This document shows positions 46,290 to 55,401 of a stretch of DNA of 64,000 nt, one piece after another. The notes under the pieces were generated by a model. That model was not told the origin of the DNA, searched no databases, and was given only the letters and a program-made list of their open reading frames with translations. Position 1 is the stretch's first letter. Every line of letters starts with the position of its first letter. This DNA comes from Gemmatimonadota bacterium. GTDB lineage: Bacteria; Gemmatimonadota; Gemmatimonadetes; Longimicrobiales; Gaopeijiaceae. A program made the position numbers and the translations under genes. The stretch spans positions 32,001-96,000 of the forward strand of contig JBDHHQ010000003.1 of assembly GCA_039589315.1 (NCBI GenBank), given 5' to 3'.

Positions 46290-47564
46290 GTGCGTTCCCT
46301 GGCCATCCTCGCCGCCCCTCTGGTCCTCGTCGCCTTCGTCTCTCCGCTCGGCGCGCAGAGCCAGGAGGAGCGGGACGAGAGTGCCCTCCGTCTCACCGTT
46401 GGAGGCGTAGGCCTCACGGTGGGGAACGCTTCCCGCGCCAACGGCCTGCGCATCAACTTTCGGGACGACTACCTCGAGCGGGTCAACGGGATCAACCTCA
46501 CGCTCTGGACCGCCCGTGAGCAGGTGGGAGGAGAGGTCGACGGACTGGCCCTCGGTGTCCTGGCTCCCCAGGCGGGTCGGATCCATGGGGCGGCCCTGGG
46601 ACTGGGTGCCGTCGTGGGGGAGGAGCGCCTGGCGGGGCTCAGCGTCGGGGGCTTGGCGGTGGTCTCGTCCGGCGACGCGTACGGTGTGAACGTGGGCGGG
46701 TTGGCCAGCGTCACCCAGGGTGACATGACCGGCCTCAACTTCGGTGGCCTGGCCACCGTCTCGCAGGGTCGTCAGTCCGGGGTGAGCTTCGGCGGGCTGG
46801 CCGTGGTCAGCCAGGGAGGGACCCGCGGCGCCACCGCCGCCATCCTGGCCGTGGTTTCCCAGGGCGGCGTCCTGGGCATCTCGGCAGCCGGTCTGGCAAC
46901 GGTGGCAGAAGGCTCGGTCGAAGGGCTACAGGCGGCGGGCCTGGCGGTGGTCGGGCAAGGCGCCCTCAGGGGGGTCTCGGCCGCGGGTCTGGCGCTCGTG
47001 GCAGAAGGACCCGTGGTGGGCATCAACGCGGCAGGTCTGGCGCTCGTGGGTCAGGGCGCCCTGTCCGGCGTCAACGTGGCAGGCCTGGCCGCGGTCAGCG
47101 AAGGGAGGGTCGCGGGTCTCAATGTGGCCGGCCTGGCGTTGGTGGCCGGCCCCCTCCACGGCTTCGGCGGGTCGCTGGGAGCGGTGGTAGCCCAGGGTGG
47201 GATACGGGGCGTGGCCGTGGGCGGAGGCGCCATCGTGAGCTCCCGCGACGTGCGGGGAGCAGCCCTCAGCGTCGGAGCCGTCGAGGCGGCGGACGGCATC
47301 CGGGGAATCGCCACGGGCCTGGCGAAGATCAAATCGCCGGACATCCGGGGCAGCGCGCTGTCCCTCGGCTACCTGGACGCGGGCCGGGTGGACGGGTTCA
47401 CCGTGGCCGGGTACAACCGGGTCCGGGGGCGCCACAGCGGCCTTTCCCTGGGGCTTTACAACTCCGCCCGGGAGCTGAACGGCATTCAGATCGGGCTGCT
47501 GAACCGGGCCGACAACAACCCCACTCCGTTCCGGTATCTGCCGTTCATCAACGTGCACTTCTGA
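46290..47564 (+). CDS. secreted 16-aa-repeat protein (LA_2272-like surface repeat family)
   Basis: signal peptide; repeated G-x-x-x-x-GLA-x-V-x-x-G-x-x-x units; NGIQIGLLN; C-terminal YLPFINVHF. Confidence 0.75.
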   Translation: MRSLAILAAPLVLVAFVSPLGAQSQEERDESALRLTVGGVGLTVGNASRANGLRINFRDDYLERVNGINLTLWTAREQVGGEVDGLALGVLAPQAGRIHGAALGLGAVVGEERLAGLSVGGLAVVSSGDAYGVNVGGLASVTQGDMTGLNFGGLATVSQGRQSGVSFGGLAVVSQGGTRGATAAILAVVSQGGVLGISAAGLATVAEGSVEGLQAAGLAVVGQGALRGVSAAGLALVAEGPVVGINAAGLALVGQGALSGVNVAGLAAVSEGRVAGLNVAGLALVAGPLHGFGGSLGAVVAQGGIRGVAVGGGAIVSSRDVRGAALSVGAVEAADGIRGIATGLAKIKSPDIRGSALSLGYLDAGRVDGFTVAGYNRVRGRHSGLSLGLYNSARELNGIQIGLLNRADNNPTPFRYLPFINVHF

Positions 47565-47650
47565 CCAAGCGAGGCACCCCCTCGGACCCCCGGGCCGCCA
47601 GCGCCCCTTCGAGGACCGCGGCTCAGATTTCGGACCCAGCGGTCCCGGGA

Positions 47651-50080
47651 CTACGTGAGCCCTGGGCTCCCCTTGCCAGCGAGGCCCGAGACCTCCGGTC
47701 GGACACCCTCCTCCCGATGCCGTCGGTCCACCGGTTCGTCTGCGATGGCCACGCGCAGCGCCTTGAGCCCATAGACCCCCTGGAAGTCCTCGAGATCGAG
47801 AGGCTCCACTCCGGGCATGGTGTACCCGGCAGCCTCGAGGTAGTCCAGATACCCGAGGTACTCCTCCGCCTCCTTCTCGTGCGAGTAGGCGATCGCGAGC
47901 TTGCCGGGCTGGGTCAGCCGCTCCTGGCTGTTGCGGATGCGGGCCTTGTCGATGCGCTTCTTCACGATCTCGTAGCGGATGTTGTAGGCTCCGTCCACGT
48001 CGAATTGCTTTTCGTCCGAGCGAAACCGAATCGACAGGGGGGTGTTCTGCACGAGCACCAGGTGCGTGGCATCCAGTGGAATCATCATCTGGGGCCGGAC
48101 ATCGCGGAGCTTCCACTCGATCCGGCACATGAGCATCAGCTGCCACAGCCTCAGGTTGCGGAGGTAGAGGCGATCGAAACCACCGTGCTCCAGTAGCGAA
48201 TCCCCCACGTAGATGCTGTAGTCGACCCCGTCGGTCTTGAACATCTCGAAGTAGTGGGGGAACATGGCCTGAGCGTGGATCTCCTCCTCCTCGAGCGTGA
48301 GTGCCACGGTGTCGTTGATCAAGGCGACCGAATCGTCGAACTCCTTGCGGCGCCGGTAGAGTATGCCAAGCTCTGGGTCGAGGGCTTCCCGGTACTCGTC
48401 CACCCGGCTACGCACCTCCCCGCCGTACCCCGCCACGCGGTCGAAGAGGGACTCCACCCCATCGTGGAGAAACTCGAGGACCGTGGACTCGTCATCGGCG
48501 GTGAGGCCGTCCTGGATCGCCTCGTTGAGGGCGCGGATCCGATACGCGAGCTCGTCCAGGATCGGCAGGCGCCGCGCCCGGGTAGCGGCCCCGATGACGC
48601 CGGCCGCGAGGTCCAACTGGTAGATCAGGTCCGACTGGATGGCGGTATTCCGTTGCTCCGAGGATCCGCGCAGGTCTGTCAGTCCGTACAGCGGATGCAG
48701 ATCCTTGAAGACGATGGGCTCCCGCTGGGGCACCTTGCCTGAGGCCTGCTGCTCCAGGTAGGAGTGGGCCGCATCGCGGAAGCGCCATTCGACGACCGGA
48801 TGGATCGCCGTGTACTGCTCCTTGATGAGGGCCTGGATGCGATCTTCCTGCTCTTCGAGCGTCCGCTTCATGGCCGTGGCGAAGAGATCCACCACCTCGT
48901 AGAGCTTCAGGCTGTCCAGGGCATTGAGCCCCTTCCGGCGGGGGGTCGCCACCTCCAGAAAGCCGAGCATGCGGCCGTCGAGCCTCAGCGGATAGATCAC
49001 CAGACTCCGGAATCCTTGCGCCAGTAGGTGCTGCTCGAAGCTTGTTCTCGCCTCGCTGTCCAGATCGTGCACGATGACGGGATCCGAGGACTCGAACGCC
49101 CGGGCGTAGCACGACTCCTCCTTGCGGGAGCACGCGGGGACGGTGTTCTTGTCCATGAGAATGCTGCGGCCGACGGGATGTGCCCCCACGATGTCGTCGA
49201 CATCCTGGCCCCGCTCGATGGCGATCAGGCCGAACTCCAGCTCGGGGCGCCCCAGGAAGTTGCGGAGGCGGCCCCGCACCCGATCGAGGTGTGCCGGAGA
49301 GGTCAGCGCCTCGGAATGCAGCAGGTCGTTCTTGAGCCGGGACAGGGACTCCTGGTGGGTCACGTCGGTGGCGGCCACCAACGTCAGACCCCGGAACTCG
49401 AATGACGTAGGCGGGAGCTTCTCCATCCAGAGCTCGAGGTTCGACGGGTCCGAGATCATGGACGCGATGTCCTCCTCCGAGAGCTCCGGGAGGGGCCCCG
49501 TGGCCTCCACCCGTACGAAGCGCGGGTCGAGACCGACCTGGAGGTGCCGCTGGAGACCGCTGTCCTCGTCCTCGAGCGTGAGCACCATCGGGTAGTGGAT
49601 GTCGGCCTCCACCCCATACAGCCAGCTCAACGCCACGTTGTAGGCGAGGATGGCCTTGCCTGCCATCAGGAGCTCGACTGGCATGTCGATCCGCTCCTCG
49701 AAGGCCGTCGGGTCGAAGAGACGCCTCTCCGCGGCAGCCGGAGTCATGAACACCGGCGTCATCTTGAAGGGCACCACCGCCCCGGCGAAGACCCGGTCCC
49801 CCAGGGCCAGGGGAAGCACACCCATGAGCATCATCTCGACGAGGAACCGGTGCTCCTCCAGGGCCGACAGGTCCTCCACGTCTCCACGGAGCGCCTCTAC
49901 ACCCTCGACCTTCTCCAGGATCGTGCGCGCCAGGTGCTCTCGGACGGGGGACGTCCCGGCCTCGGCGACCTGCCGCCAGAAGTCCAGTAGCGGCTCGAAG
50001 GAGAGCACGGCGCGGAACGGAAAGGCGCCTTCCAGGATCGCGACGGCCCGTCTCAGGGGCAGCTGACTCTGCTGGCTCAT
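47651..50080 (-). CDS. GAF domain-containing protein with conserved uncharacterised C-terminal domain
   Basis: GAF (PVIVHDL...GFRSLVIYPLRLDGRMLGFLEV); C-terminal motifs HPVVEWRF, PLYGLTDLRGSS, FKTDGVDY, FDVDGAYNIRYEIVKKRIDKA. Confidence 0.75.
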   Translation of the reverse strand: MSQQSQLPLRRAVAILEGAFPFRAVLSFEPLLDFWRQVAEAGTSPVREHLARTILEKVEGVEALRGDVEDLSALEEHRFLVEMMLMGVLPLALGDRVFAGAVVPFKMTPVFMTPAAAERRLFDPTAFEERIDMPVELLMAGKAILAYNVALSWLYGVEADIHYPMVLTLEDEDSGLQRHLQVGLDPRFVRVEATGPLPELSEEDIASMISDPSNLELWMEKLPPTSFEFRGLTLVAATDVTHQESLSRLKNDLLHSEALTSPAHLDRVRGRLRNFLGRPELEFGLIAIERGQDVDDIVGAHPVGRSILMDKNTVPACSRKEESCYARAFESSDPVIVHDLDSEARTSFEQHLLAQGFRSLVIYPLRLDGRMLGFLEVATPRRKGLNALDSLKLYEVVDLFATAMKRTLEEQEDRIQALIKEQYTAIHPVVEWRFRDAAHSYLEQQASGKVPQREPIVFKDLHPLYGLTDLRGSSEQRNTAIQSDLIYQLDLAAGVIGAATRARRLPILDELAYRIRALNEAIQDGLTADDESTVLEFLHDGVESLFDRVAGYGGEVRSRVDEYREALDPELGILYRRRKEFDDSVALINDTVALTLEEEEIHAQAMFPHYFEMFKTDGVDYSIYVGDSLLEHGGFDRLYLRNLRLWQLMLMCRIEWKLRDVRPQMMIPLDATHLVLVQNTPLSIRFRSDEKQFDVDGAYNIRYEIVKKRIDKARIRNSQERLTQPGKLAIAYSHEKEAEEYLGYLDYLEAAGYTMPGVEPLDLEDFQGVYGLKALRVAIADEPVDRRHREEGVRPEVSGLAGKGSPGLT

Positions 50081-50261
50081 GGCGATACGCTCGTTCGCAA
50101 GGAGGGACGCGTACTACACCCGAGCCGCGGCGGGAGTGCCCGGTGATCCCGGAGGCGCGACTCGGGGATGCAGGATTAGGCGGGGCGAGGTGCGACAGGC
50201 GAGGAGCCCAACGACGTCCTGCGCCGCCATACGCGCCCCATCCGCCCTGGTCGGGGGCGTT

Positions 50262-50286
50262 CTAGCGTGGTGCTGCACCACACTAG
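50262..50286 (-). terminator. 11-bp hairpin downstream of pilC (possible terminator)
   Basis: minus strand CTAGTGTGGTG-CAG-CACCACGCTAG (one G-U pair), no U tract. Confidence 0.3.
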
Positions 50287-50394
50287 CTTGGACGCAGGGG
50301 TAGGAGCGTGAGCACGAATACCGAGGGTACCTGGAAAAGTACGTCGCAGGATACCCGACGAGCCCAAAGACCTCCTGCGCCGCTATGCGCGCTC

Positions 50395-51597
50395 CTACTG
50401 CACCGCGTTGATCATGTCGAAGATCGGCAGATACATCGCCACGATCATGCCGCCCACCACGACGCCCAGCACCACGATCATGACCGGCTCCATGGCGGCG
50501 AGCAGGGCCTCCACCGCGGCGTCCACTTCCTCGTCATAGAAGTCGGCGATCTTGGAGAGCATGTCGTCGAGCCCGCCGGTCTGCTCACCCACGTTGATCA
50601 TCTGGACGACCATGGGTGGGAATACGCCCGACGCCTTGAGCGGTCCGGAGATGGTGTCCCCACCCGCGATGGAGGCGCGAGAGCCCATGACCGCGTCGTG
50701 GATGACCTTGTTGCCCGCCGTCCGGGCCGTGATCTCCAGCCCCTCGAGGATGGACACGCCTGAGGAGACCAGGGTCCCCAGCGTCCGGGTGAAGCGCGCC
50801 ACCGCCGCTTTGCGCAGCAGGTCGCCCATGATCGGCACGCGGAGAAGGAGCCGATCGATGGCCAGACGTCCCTCATCGGTGCGGTACAACTGTCTCACGG
50901 CGAAGGCGCCGGCCCCGGCTGCAGCAGCGCACGCCCACCAGTAGGCCTGGAGGAAGGCGCTCGATCCGATCACGACTCGTGTCGGCAGCGGCAGCGGAAT
51001 GCCCGCGGAAGTGAACATCTGCTGAAAAGTCGGAATCACGAAGATGAGCAGGATCACCACGGCGGACACCGCCACCGTGAGGATCACGCCCGGGTAGATC
51101 ATGGCGCCCTTGATCTTCCGGATCAGCGCGTCGTTCTTCTCCAGGAACGTGGCAAGGCGCAGCAGAATGGTGTCCAGGATGCCCCCAGCCTCACCCGCAG
51201 CCACCATGTTGACGTACAGGTCGGTGAACACCTTCGAGTGTTTACGCATGGCGTCAGCCAGCGTGTGGCCGGATTCCACGTCATACAGGACGTCCTGGAT
51301 CACGGATCGCAGGTGGGTGTTCTCCGTCTGCTCGGCCAGAATGTCGAGGCTCTGCACCAGGGGCAGGCCCGCGTTGATCATCGTCGCGAACTGGCGGGTG
51401 AAGATCACGATATCCCGGGTCTTGATCCCGGTCCCGATCCGCAGGGAGATCTGACGTTCCTTCTGCCGCACGGTGACCGGAATCAGCCGCTGGCGATGAA
51501 GGTACTGGAGCACCTCCTCCTTGGTCCCCAGCTCGATCTCGCCGCTCCGGATATCACCCCCGGTGGCGGGCCGCGCGCTATAGGAAAACGTGGGCAT
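50395..51597 (-). CDS. pilC: type IV pilus platform protein PilC
   Basis: FTRQFATMINAGLPL, AGEAGGILD, KGAMIYP, ARFTRTLGTL, GEQTGGLDDML, MYLPIF. Confidence 0.95.
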   Translation of the reverse strand: MPTFSYSARPATGGDIRSGEIELGTKEEVLQYLHRQRLIPVTVRQKERQISLRIGTGIKTRDIVIFTRQFATMINAGLPLVQSLDILAEQTENTHLRSVIQDVLYDVESGHTLADAMRKHSKVFTDLYVNMVAAGEAGGILDTILLRLATFLEKNDALIRKIKGAMIYPGVILTVAVSAVVILLIFVIPTFQQMFTSAGIPLPLPTRVVIGSSAFLQAYWWACAAAAGAGAFAVRQLYRTDEGRLAIDRLLLRVPIMGDLLRKAAVARFTRTLGTLVSSGVSILEGLEITARTAGNKVIHDAVMGSRASIAGGDTISGPLKASGVFPPMVVQMINVGEQTGGLDDMLSKIADFYDEEVDAAVEALLAAMEPVMIVVLGVVVGGMIVAMYLPIFDMINAVQ

Positions 51598-51624
51598 GTG
51601 TCGGTCGTCCTGGTCGTCGGTTGA

Positions 51625-52764
51625 TTAGAGCTCGGGCCAATCCTCGCCCACTGCCTTCAACAGCTCGTTCGGATCCCCGGACCGCTTCACGGCATCCGAC
51701 AGCGAGATCTCCCCCTTCAGGTAGAGCATCTGCAGCGAGTCGTTCATGGTCTGCATGCCATGCTTCTTGCCGGCTTGCATGAGCGAGTAGATCTGGTGGA
51801 CCTTCTCCTCCCGGATCACGGCGCGGATCGCCGGGGTGCAGACCATGACCTCCGCCGCGGCCACGCGTCCTCTCCCGCGGGCCCGGGGGATCAGCGACTG
51901 CGTCACGACCCCCTCCAGCACGAACGCGAGCTGAGCCCGGATCTGGCTCTGTTGGTGAGCCGGGAACGCGTCGATGATGCGGTTGACGGACTCGGCGGCC
52001 GAGTTGGTGTGGAGCGTCGCCAGGACCAGATGACCCGTCTCGGCAATCGTCAGGGCCGCGGAGATCGTTTCGAGGTCCCGCATCTCGCCAACGAGGATGA
52101 CGTCCGGGTCCTGCCGCAGGGCGTACTTCAGTCCGGCCGAGAAGCTTTGCGTATCCGCCCCCACCTCACGCTGGTTCACCATGCAGTTCTGGTGCCGGTG
52201 GATGAACTCGATGGGGTCCTCCACCGTGATGACGTGGCCGCGCCGCTCTCGGTTGATCTTGTCCAGGAGCGACGCGAGCGTCGTCGACTTGCCCGAACCC
52301 GTGGGCCCGGTGACCAGGATCAGCCCGCGGGGCTTGTCCGCGAAGCCGGTCACCACCGCCGGAAGACCCAGCTCCCCGATGGACTTGATCTCGTACGGAA
52401 TCTGCCGGATGGCCAAGGCCACGCAGCCGCGCTGCTTGTAGCAGTTGCCACGGAAGCGGGAGAGGTTCTGCACGCCGAAGGAGAAGTCCAGCTCGTTCTC
52501 TGTTTCGAAACGCTTCTTCTGCGCCTCTGTGAGGATCGAGTACGCGAGGTTCAGCGTGTCCTTCGGCGTGAGCACGTGCTTGATGGCGGAATCCACGAGG
52601 TTGCCGTCGACCCGCAGCTTCGGCACTTCTCCGACCGTCACGTGGAGGTCGGAAGCCCCCCGCTGGATCACCTCCTGAAGGAGGGCCCGGAGGCTGAGCT
52701 CCTGCTGCTCCGGCTCCATTCCGCTCGTGCCCCTCGGGGCCGCGCTGGACGTAGTGCTCATCAA
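51625..52764 (-). CDS. pilT: pilus retraction ATPase PilT
   Basis: GASDLH, GPTGSGKST, TVEDPIE, ALRQDPD, GEMRD, TLHTN, AIRAVIRE (AIRNLIRE motif), GMQT. Confidence 0.95.
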   Translation of the reverse strand: MMSTTSSAAPRGTSGMEPEQQELSLRALLQEVIQRGASDLHVTVGEVPKLRVDGNLVDSAIKHVLTPKDTLNLAYSILTEAQKKRFETENELDFSFGVQNLSRFRGNCYKQRGCVALAIRQIPYEIKSIGELGLPAVVTGFADKPRGLILVTGPTGSGKSTTLASLLDKINRERRGHVITVEDPIEFIHRHQNCMVNQREVGADTQSFSAGLKYALRQDPDVILVGEMRDLETISAALTIAETGHLVLATLHTNSAAESVNRIIDAFPAHQQSQIRAQLAFVLEGVVTQSLIPRARGRGRVAAAEVMVCTPAIRAVIREEKVHQIYSLMQAGKKHGMQTMNDSLQMLYLKGEISLSDAVKRSGDPNELLKAVGEDWPEL

Positions 52765-54476
52765 GTCACCACCGACGTCTCTTTGAGGACCTCTTCCAGG
52801 GTGGTCAATCCCCGCTCCAGCTTCTTCAGGCCGTCCATTCGAAGCGTGAGCATGCCCTCGTCAATGGCCGCTTCGCGAAGCTCGTCGGTGCCGGACTCCT
52901 GCATGACGAGCTTCCGCATCCTCGAGCTCATGGCCATGACCTCGTACAGGCCCTGACGACCCCGGTAGCCGCTGCCCCCGCACTCGTCGCACCCCTCGCC
53001 GCGATAGAGGGTCACGCGATCCCTGAATCCGTCGGGTAGATGCGCGGCCTGTACGTAGTCTTCCGTGTAGCTCGCCTCGACCTTGCAGCGCTCACAGATG
53101 CGGCGTACCAGCCTCTGGGCGGTCACGAGGGAGAGTGCCGCGGCCACGTTGAACGGTTCGAGGCCCATGTCGATGAGTCGGGTGACCGTAGACGGGGCAT
53201 CGTTCGTGTGGAGGGTCGACAGCACGAGGTGACCGGTCAGCGCCGCTTTCACGGCGATGCCGCCCGTCTCCAGGTCCCGGATCTCACCGACCATGATCGT
53301 ATTGGGGTCCTGCCGGAGAAACGCCCGCAGGGCGGCCGCGAAGGTGAGACCGATCTGGGGGCGTACGAGGACCTGATTGATGCCGTGCAGGTTGTACTCG
53401 ACCGGATCCTCGGCCGTCATGATGTTGGTGTCCTCGGTGTTCACCCTGGAGAGGGCCGAGTACAGGGTCGTCGTCTTCCCGGATCCCGTGGGTCCCGTGA
53501 CCAGCACCATGCCGTAGGGTTGGGCGATGGCGTGCATGAAGTCGATCTCGGCCTTCGGCTCCATACCGAACTTCTGGAGGTCGAAGGTCAGGTTCCCCTG
53601 GTCGAGGATACGCAGCACGATCTTCTCGCCGAAGATCACGGGAAGCGTAGAGACACGGAAGTCGACTACGCGCTTCTTCATGCGCAGCTTGATGCGCCCG
53701 TCCTGAGGCACGCGCCGCTCGGCGATGTTCAAGTCGGCCAGGATCTTGATGCGGGAGGTCAGCGCCGCCTTCATCTTCATGGGAGGCTTCATGACCTCTT
53801 CGAGGGCACCGTCGATCCGATAGCGTACCCGGACTTCCTTCTCGAAAGGCTCGATGTGGATGTCGCTGACGCCCTTGTTGACGGCGTCGGTGAGGAGTCC
53901 GTTGATGAACTTCACCACAGGAGCCTGTTCCACCTGCTCCTGCAGCGACGCCATGTTGACGTCTTCTTCCTCGTCCTCGACGAACTCGACGTCCTCCGCG
54001 ATCAGGTCGCTGAGGATCTCCGCCATCCGGTCGTCGGCCTGGTCGTAGTACTTCTCGAGGTGCTTGCGAAGGGTGAACTCGCCGACGACGACCGGCTCTA
54101 CCTCCAACCGGGTGATGAACTTGACGTCGTCGATGGCCCCGAGATCCGACGGGTTGGCCATCGCTACGGTGAGGGTGCGGCCGACGCGCCGCAGGGGCAG
54201 CACCAGATGCTTGAACGCCACCTCGCCGGGGATGAGCCGCGCGATCTTCTCTTCCACGGTGACGCGGTCGAGATCCACGGCCGGCACGCGGTACTGCCGC
54301 GCCAGCATGCGCGTGATCTCTTCCTCCGCGAGGAAGCCGAGCTTCACCAGGGCGAACCCCACGCGCGTGTTGTGATCCCGCGCATCGGTCAGAGCCTCGC
54401 GAAGCTGAAGCTCCGTAATGAGGCCCTCGCTCACCAGGTGATCGCCGAGGCGGTCTTGGGCGACTTGCGTTGGCAT
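52761..54476 (-). CDS. pilB: pilus extension ATPase PilB (MshEN-like N-terminus)
   Basis: DRLGDHLVSEGLI, SDIHIEP, RVPQDGR, GPTGSGKTT, CERC/CDEC Zn motif, GYRGR; start MPTQ (ATG 54476). Confidence 0.95.
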   Translation of the reverse strand: MPTQVAQDRLGDHLVSEGLITELQLREALTDARDHNTRVGFALVKLGFLAEEEITRMLARQYRVPAVDLDRVTVEEKIARLIPGEVAFKHLVLPLRRVGRTLTVAMANPSDLGAIDDVKFITRLEVEPVVVGEFTLRKHLEKYYDQADDRMAEILSDLIAEDVEFVEDEEEDVNMASLQEQVEQAPVVKFINGLLTDAVNKGVSDIHIEPFEKEVRVRYRIDGALEEVMKPPMKMKAALTSRIKILADLNIAERRVPQDGRIKLRMKKRVVDFRVSTLPVIFGEKIVLRILDQGNLTFDLQKFGMEPKAEIDFMHAIAQPYGMVLVTGPTGSGKTTTLYSALSRVNTEDTNIMTAEDPVEYNLHGINQVLVRPQIGLTFAAALRAFLRQDPNTIMVGEIRDLETGGIAVKAALTGHLVLSTLHTNDAPSTVTRLIDMGLEPFNVAAALSLVTAQRLVRRICERCKVEASYTEDYVQAAHLPDGFRDRVTLYRGEGCDECGGSGYRGRQGLYEVMAMSSRMRKLVMQESGTDELREAAIDEGMLTLRMDGLKKLERGLTTLEEVLKETSVVT

Positions 54477-54544
54477 CGAGTGCGGTCGTTGGACGTTCCG
54501 ATTGGACCCGCCGCGGCGGGAGCCTTCCACTACCGACCCTTCCT

Positions 54545-54552
54545 TTATCGGC
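54545..54552 (-). promoter_or_regulatory. sigma28-like -10 element upstream of pilB
   Basis: minus strand GCCGATAA (FliA/SigD -10 consensus) ~70 nt before the pilB ATG; no clear TAAA -35. Confidence 0.35.
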
Positions 54553-55309
54553 AAGAGGTCTGTGGAACCGTAGCGCCGATGCATCGGCGAACGGGCGGTG
54601 AAAAAACATATGTTTGGTTTCCCCTCCCGTGTGTTCCCCTCGATCGGAGAGGCCGTCTCGCCGGGCCCGCCTTCACGTGCGGGCGGAGGCGATCGAGGGT
54701 CGCCTGGCCGATCCCGCGCACCTGCAGGAGATCGTCCACGGAGCGGAAGCCGCCGGACCGCTCCCGCACCCGCAGAATGCGCCGCGCCAGAGCGGGACCG
54801 ACGCCCGAAAGCGACTGCAACGCTGCCGAGTCCGCACGGTTCAAGTCGATGGCCGGGGACGCGTCACCCCGCTGCCCTGCCTGAGGTGCCCGGTCGAGCT
54901 CCAGGGGCACGCCTGTGGACAGGTCCAGCCGTTCCCCGACCTTCGCCAGCGTTGCCGGGCCGATCCCCCGCACGCGCAGCAGATCCTCGAGGCTGCGAAA
55001 CCCCCCGGTAGCCGATCGCGCCTCGACGATGGCCCGGGCGAGGCCGGGCCCCACGCCCGGCAAACGGTCCAGCTCCACCTCGGACGCCCGGTTGGGATCG
55101 AGGCGCTCGCCGGGGCCCAGGGGGCGATTGCGCAATGCCTCCTCGGCCCCCCGGGCGCGGCTCTCCTCCAGGAGACCCGGAAGCGCGTCGGCCGTATCCC
55201 AGGCCATAGGGGCTTCGACGCGCCGAAGCTCCACCCCGTACCGGATGGTCGAGGCCACCAGCAGCACGGCGGCAGCAGTCGAGAACGCTCGAGTTTCGGA
55301 AGCGGTCAC
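54545..55309 (-). CDS. comEA: ComEA-family DNA-binding protein with two helix-hairpin-helix domains
   Basis: N-terminal TM/signal; LDPNRASEVELDRLPGVGPGLARAI...FRSLEDLLRVRGIG and IDLNRADSAALQSLSGVGPALA...FRSVDDLLQVRGIG; GTG 55309 with GGAGGG RBS. Confidence 0.88.
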   Translation of the reverse strand: MTASETRAFSTAAAVLLVASTIRYGVELRRVEAPMAWDTADALPGLLEESRARGAEEALRNRPLGPGERLDPNRASEVELDRLPGVGPGLARAIVEARSATGGFRSLEDLLRVRGIGPATLAKVGERLDLSTGVPLELDRAPQAGQRGDASPAIDLNRADSAALQSLSGVGPALARRILRVRERSGGFRSVDDLLQVRGIGQATLDRLRPHVKAGPARRPLRSRGTHGRGNQTYVFSPPVRRCIGATVPQTSCR

Positions 55310-55401
55310 CCTCGTTCCCTCCGGGCGGGGTGGGGCCGGAGCCACACGACGTGACCAAAGCTCGAGCGGCGACGTGGGCGGGGCGATGGCCCAAAGAGAC
55401 G

